Shown: positions 1-12,123, counted from the first letter of the stretch. The stretch is 64,000 nt of DNA from an uncultured Planctomycetaceae bacterium (GCA_963785305.1 CAWAUV010000007.1:1248001-1312000); one strand, 5' to 3'. Numbers and translations: made by a program. The notes: generated from the letters alone by a model not told the origin.

Positions 1-121
1 TCTCGAATTGGCCGGCCCGGGCAGGCGATTGGATGCGATCGCTCGGAGTGCTCGAACCGGGCAAATAACGCGCCAGCACGCGGGCGAACAGGCGCATGTA
101 AGTAGGCGGGCGCGCGGGCGA

Positions 122-1812
122 TCACTTATTCGCGCCCGACGGCTCGCTATTGGCGAGCGCTCGGCAATGTTCGGTCTCGCGGGCCCACTGGGCGGCGAGT
201 TCCCGCACCTTGTCGGGCTCTTCGGCGGCCAAATTGCGCGACTCGGCCCGATCGGTCGCTAGGTTATAGAGTTCCCAAGGGCTCCCGGCCCCCGCGGCCA
301 CGATCTTCCAATCGCCCGCGCGAAAAGCCCGATTGCCTTCGTGCATCCACCACAGCGAGTCGTGCGTCATGGCGCCGTCTTTGGCGAATAGCGGCGCAAG
401 GCTCTTGCCCGGCGCGGGGGCGCCGGTTTGCCACCGAGAATCTCGAACCGCTTGCCGGCGGCCACATCGAGAATCGTGGGCACAATGTCGATCACATGAC
501 CCGGCGAGTGCCGCAGTTCGCCCCGGGCCGCAATGCCCCGCGGCCAGCGGACAATGAGCGGCGTGGAAATGCCGCCTTCATGCACCCAGGTCTTGTGGCG
601 GCGAAACGGCGTGTTGGCCATCGTCGACCAGCCGGGCCCAAGGCAAAGGAACGTGGCGGCGGAGCCGGGCTCCGCGGATTGATCGTGGCCATCGCCGCGG
701 ACCATCAGCTCGGCGCTCGCGCCGTTGTCGGAGAGGAAGAGCACCAGCGTGTTTTCCTCGACGCCCATCTGGGTCAGTTGGTCGAGCACGCGCCCGAGTT
801 CACGATCCATGCGGTCGATCATCGCGGCATGCACCGCCATCTTGTCGGCCTGCAATCGTTGTTGCTCGCGCGTCAGTTTCGTCCAAACCTCGGGGCGATT
901 CACTTCGCCGGGTCCAATCTTCGAGAGCACGTCGGCAAAAGCGTAGGGCGGCCCCAAATCGCGCTCGACCGCCGACAGCGCCCCGCCGCCGATGCCCAGC
1001 GATTTCAGCTGCTGCCAGCGGGCGGCGCGGAGCGACTCCCAGCCTTTGTCAAAACGATCGCGATACCGGGCCACGTCGTCGGCCGGCGCTTGCAGGGGAA
1101 AATGCGGCGATGTGAACGCCACGAATTCGAAAAACGGCTCGCCCGCATGCTCGCGGGCATGATCTTGCAAGAAATGGATCGCATGGTCGGCGATCGCGGT
1201 CGCGCTGTAGTAGCTGCTACCTGGCGCCACCGGTGGCAGTGGCGCGTCGTCGAGCGTGTGGCGCCGCGGGTTGAAATGGCGATCATGATCGTCGAGTGAA
1301 TAGGAATGCTCGAAACCGTTTTGCAGCGGCTTGCCATCGATGTGCCATTTGCCCGAGTGATACGAGCGGTAGCCCAAGGGACGCAGCATCGTGGGCAGCA
1401 GCCGCGCCCAGGAAGGCCGCGTGCCCTGAGCGCCGGCCTTTCCGTCGACGCCGGGCATCGCGTCGCGTCGTACCGCCTGGGCATAGTAGCCGGTGAGCAT
1501 CGCGGCCCGCGAGGGCCAACATCGCGCCGTGTTGTAGAATTGCGTGAATCGCAGCCCCCCGCTCGCCAGCGAATCAAGCCGCGGAGTCGCAATCTCGGAG
1601 CCGTAGCACCCGGCGTCGCTGAAGCCCATATCGTCGGCCAAGATCAGGAGCACATTGGGCCGCGAGGCTTTTGCGATTTCACCAGCTCGCGCCGCGGCGC
1701 CAGCGAGGCAGACCGCCAGTGGCGCGATCGCGAGGCAAGCGATCGTGAAGCGCGGAGTGATGCGCACGAGCGCGTGGCGCGGGGCGACGGTCGCGGTGCA
1801 ACGGAAACGCAT
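122..1812 (-). CDS. Arylsulfatase (frameshift near 370-420)
   Basis: PNVLLILADDMG, formylglycine motif CWPSR, GKWH, FLSDNG; C-terminus (GDWKIV..WELYNLATDRAE) continues in ORF 122..370. Confidence 0.9.
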
Positions 1813-1862
1813 GGGGGCGCCGATCCAGCAGGATGGAACATTCGGAAGGCGAACTAAACATT

Positions 1863-1892
1863 CGGGGGGCGAACTAGCGAGTTCGCCCCCCG
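1863..1892. terminator. 13-bp GC-rich hairpin downstream of trxA
   Basis: CGGGGGGCGAACT-agcg-AGTTCGCCCCCCG; U-tract weak. Confidence 0.55.
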
Positions 1893-1926
1893 GGTCGTTT
1901 GCGAGACTGTCTTTCGACCGAGCGCG

Positions 1927-2253
1927 TCAACTCTTGAGCGAGTCGAGCGCTTCTTGCAGTTTGCCTTTCGGCTGCACTCCGACGAAGCGTTCGACGACTT
2001 CGCCGCCCTTGAAGACCATCAGGGTGGGAATGCTGCTCACGCCATATTGCGCCGCGGCGCCAGGCGAATTGTCGACATTGACCTTGCCGATCTTCACATC
2101 GCCGTTCTCGGCCGCCAACTGCTCGATCACCGGGGCAATCATGCGGCACGGCTGGCACCAGGGGGCCCAGAAGTCGACCAGTACCGGCGTCGACGCGTTC
2201 AATACCTCTTGATCGAAATTCACATCGGTGAATTCAGCGACTTTGCCACCCAT
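1927..2253 (-). CDS. trxA: Thioredoxin
   Basis: VLVDFWAPWCQPC, SIPT cis-Pro motif; AAGGAG upstream of ATG 2253. Confidence 0.95.
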   Translation of the reverse strand: MGGKVAEFTDVNFDQEVLNASTPVLVDFWAPWCQPCRMIAPVIEQLAAENGDVKIGKVNVDNSPGAAAQYGVSSIPTLMVFKGGEVVERFVGVQPKGKLQEALDSLKS

Positions 2254-2645
2254 AACAATCATCTCCTTGACTAAAAGCGTTGGATCATCAATCGAATATC
2301 AATGCGTCAACGGCGGAAGCCGCGAATCGTGACGCGCGAAAGTCGCCGGTCGCGAATTGGCTCGCTACGCTGGCAAAAACAGCGACATGGCGCCCGCGGC
2401 CGGCGTTCGATGCGCCTTCGGGCGTTGCCGCGATGAGTCCCCTACTCGCAAAAGCGTTGAAATTATAGGACCCTCGCCCGCGCTGGGTCAAATCCCCCCC
2501 GAGCCTCGGAGCCCACGCAAAGGGCGGCGATCGCGGAATCGCGAAAACTCGCGACCGCCTGCTACACTACCTTCGGCGTTTCAATCCCTGCCCGTGACAG
2601 GGCGCCGGCCAGCGATCGCTTTTGCAGCCCGCGGAGGATTTGTTG

Positions 2646-3684
2646 ATGAATGCGCCCCGGCCCTATCAAGCCCTGGTGGTCCGCAAGCAAGCCGATGGTC
2701 GGCCCGCGGCCGATATCGAATCGCTCGCCGCCGATCCGTTACCGCCCGGAACGGTCATCCTGCGCGTCGCCTATTCTTCGCTCAACTATAAAGACGCGCT
2801 TTCGCTGAGCGGACACCCAGGCGTGACGACCGATTTTCCGCATGTGCCCGGAATCGACGCCGCCGGCACGGTCGTATCGGTCTCCGGCGACGAACTGGGT
2901 GGCGAACCGGGGCAGGCGGCGCCTTCGGCCGGCGACGCGGTGCTGATTACCGGCTTCGACTTCGGCTCCCGCCGCTGGGGTGGCTATGCCGAATTCACGC
3001 GCGCGCCGGCCGAATGGTTTGTGCCGTTGCCCTTGGGTTTGAGCCCGCGCGAGGCGATGGCGCTCGGCACCGCCGGGTTCACCGCCGCGCAATCGGTGCT
3101 TGCGCTCGAGCAGGCCGGAATCACGCCGGACCGCGGACCGGTGGTGGTCACCGGCGCGACGGGCGGAGTGGGGAGCATCGCGGTGCTGCTGCTGGCCAAG
3201 CTCGGCTACCATGTGGCGGCCGTGACCGGCAAGGCCTCGGAACACGCGTTGCTCGAGCGGCTCGGGGCCAAGGAGATTCTGCCGCGTGAGGCAATGGCCG
3301 ACGAGAGCGACGCCCGCTGCTCAAGGCCCGCTGGGCCGGCGGCATCGATTCCGTGGGCGGACGCGCCTTGGCCACGCTCTTGCGTTCGACCCTCGCCGGT
3401 GGCTGTGTCACGGCTTGCGGTCTCGTGGGCGGCGTGACCCTGCCGCTCACCGTGTATCCGTTTATCCTCCGCGGCGTGCGACTCGTGGGCATCGACTCCG
3501 TGTCGCCAAGGGGCGAAGAGCGGCGCGAAATTTGGCGCCGTTTGGCCGGCCACTGGAAGCTCGACCTCGGGAGCCTCACGCGCGAGATCGCGCTGGCCGA
3601 TGTGCCCGCCGCGGCCGAGGAACTGCTTGCGGGCCGCGGCGTGGGCGCACGGTGGTGCGAGTGGCGAATCCGGCGGGCGATTGA
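2646..3684 (+). CDS. YhdH/AcuI-family MDR oxidoreductase (two frameshifts, near 3315 and 3650)
   Basis: SSLNYKDAL, VPGIDAAG, GTAGFTA, VTGATGGVGS, PFILRGVRLVGIDS, GRTVVRV spread over ORFs 2622..3437, 3353.. and 3286..3684. Confidence 0.88.
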
Positions 3685-3780
3685 TGTCGCCGCCCGAGGA
3701 TCGCGCGGCGGTCGAGCCGCGAACGCGGCGCCCGCGGGGTTTACGCCGCGCGGCGCTCGTGCGTCCGCCCGTCTTCGGGT

Positions 3781-5029
3781 TCATGGCCGCGCTTCGTGGC
3801 GCGCGGAGCGTGGGAGCGTGATGCGAAGTCGCGTCCGAGGTCGCCAGCCGCTCGGGATGGAAGAGCGCCCGGATCAGCACTCGCATTTGCGAAGGCGATG
3901 GCTGGAACCAAGCGACGAACACGACCCCCGATCCGATCAGCACCCAACTACCGCAGCTCGCGGGCAACTGGACCAAGAGCACGGTGGTCGTGGCCAAGAG
4001 CACCGGCGGCATCCAGCGGCAATTGACCGTGAGCCGATCGGCGGCGGCGTGGGATTCCGCCGCGCCGGAGTTGTAGAGCACATGAATTCCGAGCACCACG
4101 ATGAATGCGCCGAACACGAAAATCTGGCAGCTCAGAAAGAAGTAGTCCAGACGGGTCATATAGTTCAGCGGCGGCAAGCTGCTATCGATCGAAATGCGAT
4201 ATGCGACGATCGTGAGCGTCGAGGTGATACCGATGCTGACTTGTGAGCTGAACTCCTTGGGATCCATCCAAAACACGGTTCCCGCGGCGGCCACGATCGG
4301 AATCAAGGGGAGCACGATGCCCCAAAAATAATAATGGGGGTCGCGCTCGACTTGCAGCTTCATGCGCATCAACGAAAACTGTTCGCCGGTTTTCGAATAG
4401 GCGCTGATCTTGCTTTCGGTCGAAAGGCCGTTGAGTTTCCAACCATGGGGCACCGCCCGCTCCGGATTGAGCGCTCGCACGCCCGCCGGCACGAACACGA
4501 CCTGATCGGCCTCGAACACCGATTCTTCCAGATCGACCTCGATCTGATGCTTGTCGAGCGGGAACTCATGCAGATCGAGACATCCGCCGATCATGCCGCG
4601 GTAGTAGCGGCTGTAGACCAGGGTTCCATCGGGATAAACATGCACTGCCTTGCGTCCGCGCACATTGACATCGAGCTCGTCGAGCAATTGCGGATCGGGA
4701 TTCCAGATATCGTCGACGCTGATCAGCTTGCGTTTCGCGCCTTCCCGCCCGGGATCGAAGGCCATCTTCGGATCGCGCCAGGTGTAGTAGACATAGAACT
4801 CCATCTCGACTTTCTGGTCGCGGTCGACGATCTGCGAGACCTCGACTAACTCGATGCTCACCGCCACCTGCGTGGGCCGGCCGGGCGGCAATTGAATCGC
4901 CGCGGCCCAAGCGGGATCGTCGGCCCAAGCCGCGCGGGCCACGAGGATCAGCGCCACGAACATCAAACAACGCAACCGCGGACGCGCGCTTGCGCTGGTC
5001 GCGACAATCCGTCGCGGTACGCGAAACAT
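3781..5029 (-). CDS. Pentameric ligand-gated ion channel (GLIC/ELIC-like)
   Basis: Signal peptide, IWNPD, LHEFPLD (Pro-loop), R..YYFWGIVLP (M1), LPPLNYMTRLD (M2-M3 loop); true stop probably near 3781, ORF read-through to 3206 looks like an indel. Confidence 0.8.
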
Positions 5030-5297
5030 GGAATACGAAGCGTCAGACAGTCGACCGCCTGAAAGCATAGCGTGGCTCTTTCTCGTCTCGCCGAGCGATG
5101 GAGGAATGAAAGGTCGACGTGGGCGGGCACTGAATTAACAGAATCGATCGCGCGGGTCCAGGCCGCTCGCCGCGAAAGCGAGGGTTGGCGGTCGGCGGTT
5201 GGTGGGACGGTGAAATTTTCAACAGCCTGGCACGCGCGACCGATTTCCGGCGATTGCAATGGGGGGCCGCGACCGTCGAGCGGCAGCGCGTCGGGAG

Positions 5298-5952
5298 TTA
5301 CAGCGCCGTGCTATCGCTGGCGAATTCGGCGGTGGGATCGTGGTCATAGAAATGACGCGCCACATGCTCCGAGAGCACTTTGATGAACTGGGTGCGAAAC
5401 TCGGCTTCGGGCTTGTCGCCCGCGGGAATCGGGCTCGTGGGCGGATAGTGAATCTGGGGGATCGAGGTCTCGAAAGCGGGCTCGTTCGGCTTGCGCATAT
5501 CGTAGACGACCAGCTTCGAGATCGTGGCCCGACCCTGATAAAGGCCCTGGCTTTGATAAAGGTCGAATTCGTCGAGATCGAGCCCCACGACCATGTCGGC
5601 GTGGAGGGCCTTGCCGATTTCGGTGAATTCATCCCAGCTTTTTTCGTCGGTCCATTCGGTGACTTCGCGTTGATCGATCACGGTGGCGCCGGCCACGTTT
5701 TTGGCGATCAGCTTGCCGATTTTTTTGCGCCAGGTCGCGACCGGCCGTCGGGTGACGATAGAGGAGCGTGGAAACCGGCCGGCAAATCACCGCGATCTTC
5801 TTATTCTTGAGTCCGGCGTATTCCGCCTTTTGATCGCCGCCTTGAATCATCCACAAGCCGGTGGCCATGAGGCTGCAACCGCTGGTGACGACAAACGCCA
5901 CCGAGAGCGTGGCGAGCGCGAATCCGCGGGACGAAACAGAGGAGCGATCCAT
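5298..5952 (-). CDS. Hypothetical lipoprotein (frameshift near 5725)
   Basis: Lipobox-like VVTSGC in 5629..5952, globular continuation in 5298..5696; T-run at the junction. Confidence 0.7.
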
Positions 5953-6048
5953 CGCGATACCTCGAGCTGAGGAAATATCCTGGAATTGAAATGAGCGTTT
6001 GCAATCGCGACCTCGCGCCGCGATCTTTCCGGCCCCACGGCCACCCGT

Positions 6049-6509
6049 TCAGCAACGCATCGTCAATCGCGCAATCCACTCCGCCATCACGAAACCCACG
6101 CATGCCACGGCCACGATGAACGCCGCCTTTTCAGGCGGCCACCACCCAGGCCGAGCGCCGATCGCGGCCAGTATCAAGCCTCCCACGCTCAATCCCGCGC
6201 TCGCGATCGCCAGCAATGTTCCGACGACATGCGTTCGCAGCGCCTCGCGCGCATTTCCATGCGCCAGATGGCTCCAAGCGGTTGTCATGCCACAGGTCGG
6301 ACACGGCCTTCCGAACAACACCCGAAACACGCACGGCGGCAAGCCAAGCTGCTGATGCGTGCCAAGGCCACGGGGATCGGGCTCTAAACACCGGGCGACA
6401 CACAGCAGCGCCAGGATTCCCAAGCTCGACGACAGCAGCCATAAACGCGTGCGCGGCCTGAAAACCGCGAACTGATTGATCGTGAATCGTGCGACGAATT
6501 CAAGGACAT
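6049..6509 (-). CDS. DUF2752-like membrane protein
   Basis: GTHQQLGLPPC..GRPCPTCGMTTAW plus TM helices; start uncertain. Confidence 0.8.
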
Positions 6510-6617
6510 GATTACGAAAGGAGCGGGAACATAGCGACAGCCGCCACACGGTGCAAGAGCGACTTTCGAAACCCGCCGATCGCCCGATCGCCAATCGCGC
6601 CGATCGCCAGGCCGGTC

Positions 6618-7292
6618 CTATTTCGTCTCGGCCGATTTTTCCGTGGCCGGGCTCGCGCTGGGGTCGACCAGCGAGGCGGTCTTCTCGCGCGGGGTGAATT
6701 TCAGCGCTACCGAGTTCAAGCAGTAACGCAGGCCGGTCGGCTGGGGGCCGTCGTCGAACACATGGCCGAGATGCGAGTCGCACCGCGGGCAGTAAATCTC
6801 GGTCCGCACGGCCCCATGACTCCGATCGATCCGCTCGGCGACATTCTCCGCGGCGATCGGTCGAAAAAAGCTCGGCCAGCCGGTTCCCGAGTGAAACTTC
6901 GTGTCGGAGCCAAACAGCGGCAGGCCACAGCCGATGCAGGTATAGACACCTTCGTCTTTCGTGTCGACCAGCTCGCCCGAGAACGCCGGCTCCGTGCCCT
7001 TGGCCCGCGCTACTTGATATGAGTCGGGCGCCAGCCGGCGATGCCACTCGCGCGGCGTGAGCACCAGCTTGGGCGAATCGAGGGGCCCGGTGAGCTTGCC
7101 CTCGGAATCGTACACACAGACGCGCACGCTCTTTTCGGCCTTCTCGTGCTTGGCGTCGGGCTTGCCGTCTTGCTTGGCTGATTTTTTCGCGGGCTCCGCG
7201 GCGCGAAGCGAAGTCGTCGGGCCGCCGCTCAAAGCAACAAGCGCCAGCAGGACGAGCGTCGAAACAGATCGAAATCGAGACGTGTTCATCAT
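6618..7292 (-). CDS. msrB: Peptide-methionine (R)-S-oxide reductase with signal peptide
   Basis: GTEPAFSG, CIGC, KFHSGTGWPSF, CPRC, HLGHVFDDGP, RYCLNS. Confidence 0.93.
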   Translation of the reverse strand: MMNTSRFRSVSTLVLLALVALSGGPTTSLRAAEPAKKSAKQDGKPDAKHEKAEKSVRVCVYDSEGKLTGPLDSPKLVLTPREWHRRLAPDSYQVARAKGTEPAFSGELVDTKDEGVYTCIGCGLPLFGSDTKFHSGTGWPSFFRPIAAENVAERIDRSHGAVRTEIYCPRCDSHLGHVFDDGPQPTGLRYCLNSVALKFTPREKTASLVDPSASPATEKSAETK

Positions 7293-7479
7293 CGCCTCCC
7301 GAAGAGAAAGACCACGACCCGGCGCGGCAGCCCGCGCGCTCGGGGATCCTCTTCTTTGTAGCAACGCCACGGCGCCGCCGCAAATGCCGTGGAGCGGCAA
7401 TGTGCTGGCGAACAGGCGGCATGCGGCGGCGCAGCCTGCAGAATAGTTCGAAGGGCTGCTAAAGGAACGGCCGCGTGGT

Positions 7480-8384
7480 TCACGCGGCGCGGCGCGAGCG
7501 GGCGCGGCCTTCTTGCAGGGCTTCGGCCGAGATCGTGTCGACGAGCTGCTGGCCGAGCGCGTCGATCTCGATCAGGAGCGCGTCGGAGCGGCTCAAGAAG
7601 AAGAGATAGAAACAGAGCGCCGGCGCCGCCACTCCCAAGCCCGATGCGGTACACATGAGCGCTTCGCTGATGCCGCCGGCCAGCAGTTCGCTTCGCCCCA
7701 TGGCGTCGCTCGAGGCCACGGTGCTGAAGAGCTGCATCATGCCGAACACGGTGCCCAGCAGCCCCAAGAGCGGGCTCACGGTGGCCAGACCATTGAAGAG
7801 TCGCAGATAGCGGCGGAGACCATGCGCGGCTCGCTCGCCCGCGTCGATCAGCGCTTGCTCGACCTCGACCGCCGGGCGACCCCACTTCTTGACCCCGGCG
7901 GCGAACACGTCGGCCACCGGGCTCTTGCTTTCTTGACACAGGCCGAGCGCCGTGTCGCGGTCGAGCTTGCCGTCGCGCAGTTGCGGCAGGAAGCGTTTGA
8001 CAAACGGCCCGGGAATCACGCGACCGCGGCGAAGCGAGATCATGCGCTCGAACACGAAGACCAGCATCACGAACGAACAGCCGCCGAGCGGAATCATCAT
8101 GAGTCCGCCCCCGCGCAAGATCTCGAACAAACTCTTGCGGGTCGTCTTCGCGTCGGCTTCGGCGGCGGTCGCATCGTCGGTCGGGTTCACCGCGGCCCGC
8201 GAATCGGTGGCCGGCGGTTGAGCGACAGGCGCTTGGCTGGTCGGCGATTGGGCGATTGCTTGCGCGGGCCAGAGACTCTCGACCGCGAGTTGCCCCAGTC
8301 CGATCGCCACGAGCGCGAGGACGCCGCGCGCGGGGCCATTCGCCAGAGAGAGCCCGACCGCAAGGGAAATCGATCGATCGACAT
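7480..8384 (-). CDS. MotA/TolQ/ExbB proton channel protein (N-terminal frameshift)
   Basis: SPLLGLLGTVFGM, AGGISEALMCTASGL; no ExbD adjacent. Confidence 0.88.
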
Positions 8385-8480
8385 CACAGCTTCGCTCGCC
8401 TCAGTCGAAAGACGCCAGGGACTAGCCGCCGGATGCGAGACCGTTCGCGACCTCGCGCGGCCTGGCGGCCGTTCGGGCGA

Positions 8481-8547
8481 CCTCGGCTGAGCCCCCGCCC
8501 TACCCTCTCTCATACGGGGAGAGGGGGAGTTTTCGGATAGGCTCTTA
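8481..8547. repeat. MITE/REP-like element, copy A (partial)
   Basis: CCCTCTC..GAGAGGG core ending TCGGATAGGCTCTTA; similar to 24082 and 28457 copies. Confidence 0.6.
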
Positions 8548-8734
8548 ATTCAAGTTTCGCGTTTTTTGCTAGCACTCGAATCGCCGATTTCTCGTGGGTT
8601 TTGCACAGTTTGACGGCCGAACTGCCAATTTTTGCATGTTACCGAGAGGCCGAAGGTTGCCGGAAACGCGCCGAAATCGGAGAAACCACGACGAATCGGG
8701 CTATCGGAACTTTTGAAAACCGCGAAAGTCGAAC

Positions 8735-9304
8735 TTAATAGTTGCTCAGGGCGCCGCCATCGACATTGCCGACCATGTGCAAGTGGTTGTGGTCGATATA
8801 CACCACTTCCGACGAATCCTCGTCGACCAGCGTGTGCGGCAGCGGCCAGCCGACATGCGTGGTTTCCGTGTAGTAGATCGTGCATTTGTAATGGCAATGA
8901 TGCTGCTGGGCCGGTCCGACCAGCGGATAGACTCGCGGCGGATCGACATAGTCGGCGATCTTTTCCTTCACGATCCGCACATTGTCGCGCTGGACCGTTT
9001 GCAAAAACGGCGTGCCGCCCTGCGTGGGCATCGCCCGCTCCAGGGTGCGCATCACTTCGTCGTCGCTCGGCGGATCGAGCGCCGTGTCAGGTCCGCCGGC
9101 CGTCAGCGGCGGCAACACCGGAACGCGGTCATAGCGCTCCTTGACCCAGAATTCGTCTTCTTTCTTCTTCTGGAAGTACGGGCTCACCGGGATCGGGATC
9201 GCGAAGAGCCCGAGCGAGGGACCCGAGTGCATGCAACCAGGGCCGGAAAGAATGGCGACCGCCACTAGGATCGCCATCGCGGACGAGAACATCTTGGTCG
9301 ACAT
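8735..9304 (-). CDS. Conserved hypothetical lipoprotein
   Basis: Signal with GPGC; IPIPVSPYFQ, DPPSDDEV, YPLVGPAQQHHCHYKC, VYIDHNHLH. Confidence 0.75.
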   Translation of the reverse strand: MSTKMFSSAMAILVAVAILSGPGCMHSGPSLGLFAIPIPVSPYFQKKKEDEFWVKERYDRVPVLPPLTAGGPDTALDPPSDDEVMRTLERAMPTQGGTPFLQTVQRDNVRIVKEKIADYVDPPRVYPLVGPAQQHHCHYKCTIYYTETTHVGWPLPHTLVDEDSSEVVYIDHNHLHMVGNVDGGALSNY

Positions 9305-9669
9305 GCGTAATCCTTCGACGACAGAAAATGCCCCATGCTTTGGGGCGCCAATCGGCGAAACCTTCCGAGACGTTTCGGGCCGCGGTTCCGCCTGTCGGAG
9401 GAACACAAGGCCGTCTAAGGCTTATTTATCGTGTGCGATTGCGCGGAACTTGCAGGTTTTTCCGATTTTGACGAAGAAATCGTTCGGCTCCAGGCGGCAA
9501 CGTCTTCCCCCATTTGCGCAGCCTTCCAGAATCGGGCGACCGGCGGCGCGAATCTCCTGGGCGTCGACTCTCCTGGGCGTCGACCCAAAAAAACCTCTCG
9601 TCGAGCTCGCGAGGAACTCGACGAGAGGCTGTTTGACGGCGTTTGAACAATTGTCGCTTGCTGGCAATG

Positions 9670-10754
9670 CTACTGGCACGAACGATCTTGGAAATCGAGG
9701 AACCACCAACCGTCGTCCCATTCGAGCGTCACCTTCCGCCAGCCCATCGGCACTTGCGGATAAGGATAGAACGGCCCGATGAATGGCCACGCCGTCGCCG
9801 AATACTGCCGCGGGTAGGTCACGGCGGCGTAGTTCGGGTAAGCGGCATAGCTTGGCCAAGCATAGTTCGGCATGCACGGTTGATCGTAGGCCATCGGCGG
9901 CGCGGCGCCATTGACGCCCGGAGCTCCGCCGGCATAAGCGCCGGAACTCCCGGCGCGAATGCTCGCGGTCCGGCGTTCGCATAACCCGGCGCCGGACCAT
10001 AGCCCGGAGCGCCAGCATAGGCAGCGCCGCCATTGACGACGCCATCGTCGATCACCGGGCCGGGACCGTACTGGCTGGCGTAGGCATTGCGACCGAATCC
10101 CGTGGCCGAGGCGGGATAGCCACCGCGAGCTCCACGTCCGCCGCCATTGCCCGGGGCGATGTTCATGTTCATCGCGGCGCCGGCATCGTCGTTTTGCAAT
10201 TGCTGGTAGCCGATCGGCACGCCGCGATAGATCGGGGCCGCGCCGCGATGGGCTTGCTTGCCGCCGTTGAGCGGTTTGGCGCCGACCGGAGTCGGCAGCG
10301 CACGCGCGGGCGAACCCGCGACATGTTTACCCGCGGGTCTTTTGGCGCCGACCGAACTGGCCGGCGACTGGCCCGGGGCGGGCGATTGGGCCTGGGCCGG
10401 ACGAATCTTCGCCCCGGCGCCGGCCGGCATGTTGAGCACCGCGTTTTGTTCGGCCGGTTTCTTGGCCGAAGCCTCGACTCGGAGATTGTTCACTACTTTC
10501 TCGACGCCCGGCATTTCGCTCACCACTTCGAGCGCCGTCGCCATTTGGCTCTCGCTGGTGACATTGCCCGACAACCAGGCCGAACCCTGTTTGTACTTGA
10601 CGCCGATGCTGTAGTCCTTGACCTTGCCGCTGTCGCGCAAGGCCTTGGCGATTTTCTTCGCGGTGTCGGCGTCTTCCTTGTCGCCGGCATGTCCGACGCG
10701 CGGCGCACTCAAGACGATCGCCAAGATCGCCGCGCCATAAAGCCAATGTCGCAT
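9670..10754 (-). CDS. BON-domain secreted protein with Y/P/W-rich C-terminus (frameshift near 9900)
   Basis: Signal peptide, BON motif (AWLSGNV..GVEKVVNNLRV), low-complexity linker, C-terminus in 9670..9894. Confidence 0.8.
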
Positions 10755-11235
10755 GAATGCCCCCCCATTTTTATAAATCCATCGCGGGCCGACACGTGAG
10801 CGCGCTGCGCTCCACCGGGCGGCCAATTCGCTCAACACGCGGAAACATCGGGAACGCTTGCCAGTGAACTCCCCGCCGCAGCCCAACCAGGGGACAAGCG
10901 GCCTTGGGCCAATCGTTCGTGACGCGCGAATCCTGCACGTCGGGCGTGCAGCGGTTCCCGTGTTATTAGGTGTCGGTTGCCGGTTGTGCCGACGGGGAGG
11001 ATTTTTTGGGTTTTTCAGCCCGATTCGGCAAAAAGCGCGAGCCCGCAAAACAACGGCGCTCGCGCGATCGCGGGGCTGCGGTCCCAGGGAGGGTCCATGT
11101 GCTGGCGTAGCCCATGCAAGCAAGTGAGCCGGCAGCGCCAGCGGAGACCAGCAGGCGAGCCGGGGGCGAGCAACCGAGAAGCAAGGTGTTGCGGGCGAGA
11201 TGCGGGCGGCGCGAGGGCGGGAAACGGGAATGCCG

Positions 11236-11508
11236 TCAGCGGACGTTGTTCAAAGCCAGCTTCGGACGTTCCCAAACCGCGAGCAGAATCATCACGCACA
11301 TGCTGGCGCCACCGGCCAGCCAGCCACCGCCGTGGCACACCGGCACGCTTGCCATGGTCGTAATCGCCACGGCAATCAGCGACACAAAGAAGAGGGCGCC
11401 CCAAATCCGCTGGCCACGCGACCCCCGACTAAGACGAGCCAAACACGCCGTGGCCAAGCCGACGAGCTGGAGGGCGGGGGCCCACAATATCGGATCGAAT
11501 GCTGACAT
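11236..11508 (-). CDS. Small hypothetical membrane protein
   Basis: About 90 aa, three hydrophobic segments. Confidence 0.6.
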   Translation of the reverse strand: MSAFDPILWAPALQLVGLATACLARLSRGSRGQRIWGALFFVSLIAVAITTMASVPVCHGGGWLAGGASMCVMILLAVWERPKLALNNVR

Positions 11509-11706
11509 AAAGCGAAGTCCCTTTCGCACAATGCGTCGTGCCCAGCCGCGAACCGCCCTCGCTTCGCGGGGGCGCCGGTGAAAAAATCGAGTTTTTTTCA
11601 ACCGTGGCGGGCACTTTGTCAAAAGTTCCGGCTACTGTCGAGCCGAATAAATCGCTTTTTGCGATGCGGCGCGAGACGGCCGCCATTGAATCCGGCGGCG
11701 CGCTGC

Positions 11707-11902
11707 TTTCACCATTTTGGTGAAACGCATTTCACCAAAGCGGTGAATGAACATTAAGCCATTGTTGCGTAATAACTTACGCCACCATTCTCGCGGACCC
11801 TGGGTTATTGACCGAGAAGTGGTCGATGGCGACATCGAAAACAAGTCTTTTCAGAATAAGGACTTGCATCGCAAACCCGCCAGGCTTCATCGTTTTGGTG
11901 AA
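11707..11902. promoter_or_regulatory. Three TTCACC-N5-GGTGAA palindromes (candidate enhancer-binding-protein sites)
   Basis: 11708-11724, 11731-11747 and 11886-11902 (one mismatch), upstream of a sigma-54 promoter. Confidence 0.65.
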
Positions 11903-12024
11903 ATAGACGGCGAAACGGTGGAGCGCCACGGAAAGTCACCGCGATGCGCCGAAATGCCTTAAACGCAATCGCGACATCGCTTTGGAGATCATGTTGCTCG
12001 CCCTGCTAGCACGACTCTTTGTCG

Positions 12025-12040
12025 CGGCACAATCCTTGCT
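12025..12040 (+). promoter_or_regulatory. Sigma-54 (-24/-12) promoter
   Basis: CGGCACAATCCTTGCT: GG-N10-GC matching TGGCAC-N5-TTGC with one mismatch. Confidence 0.75.
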
Positions 12041-12123
12041 TACGGAATCGTTTGCCTAGCGGCCGCCTTCCGTGCGGGTAGTCGCGGGGAACTCGAATCT
12101 CCTCGTGGAAAAAGGATTGCAAC

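Noticed and set aside
6049..7422. 457-aa ORF as one protein
   Set aside because: Its N-terminal part is an alternative frame of msrB; only the DUF2752-like end is credible
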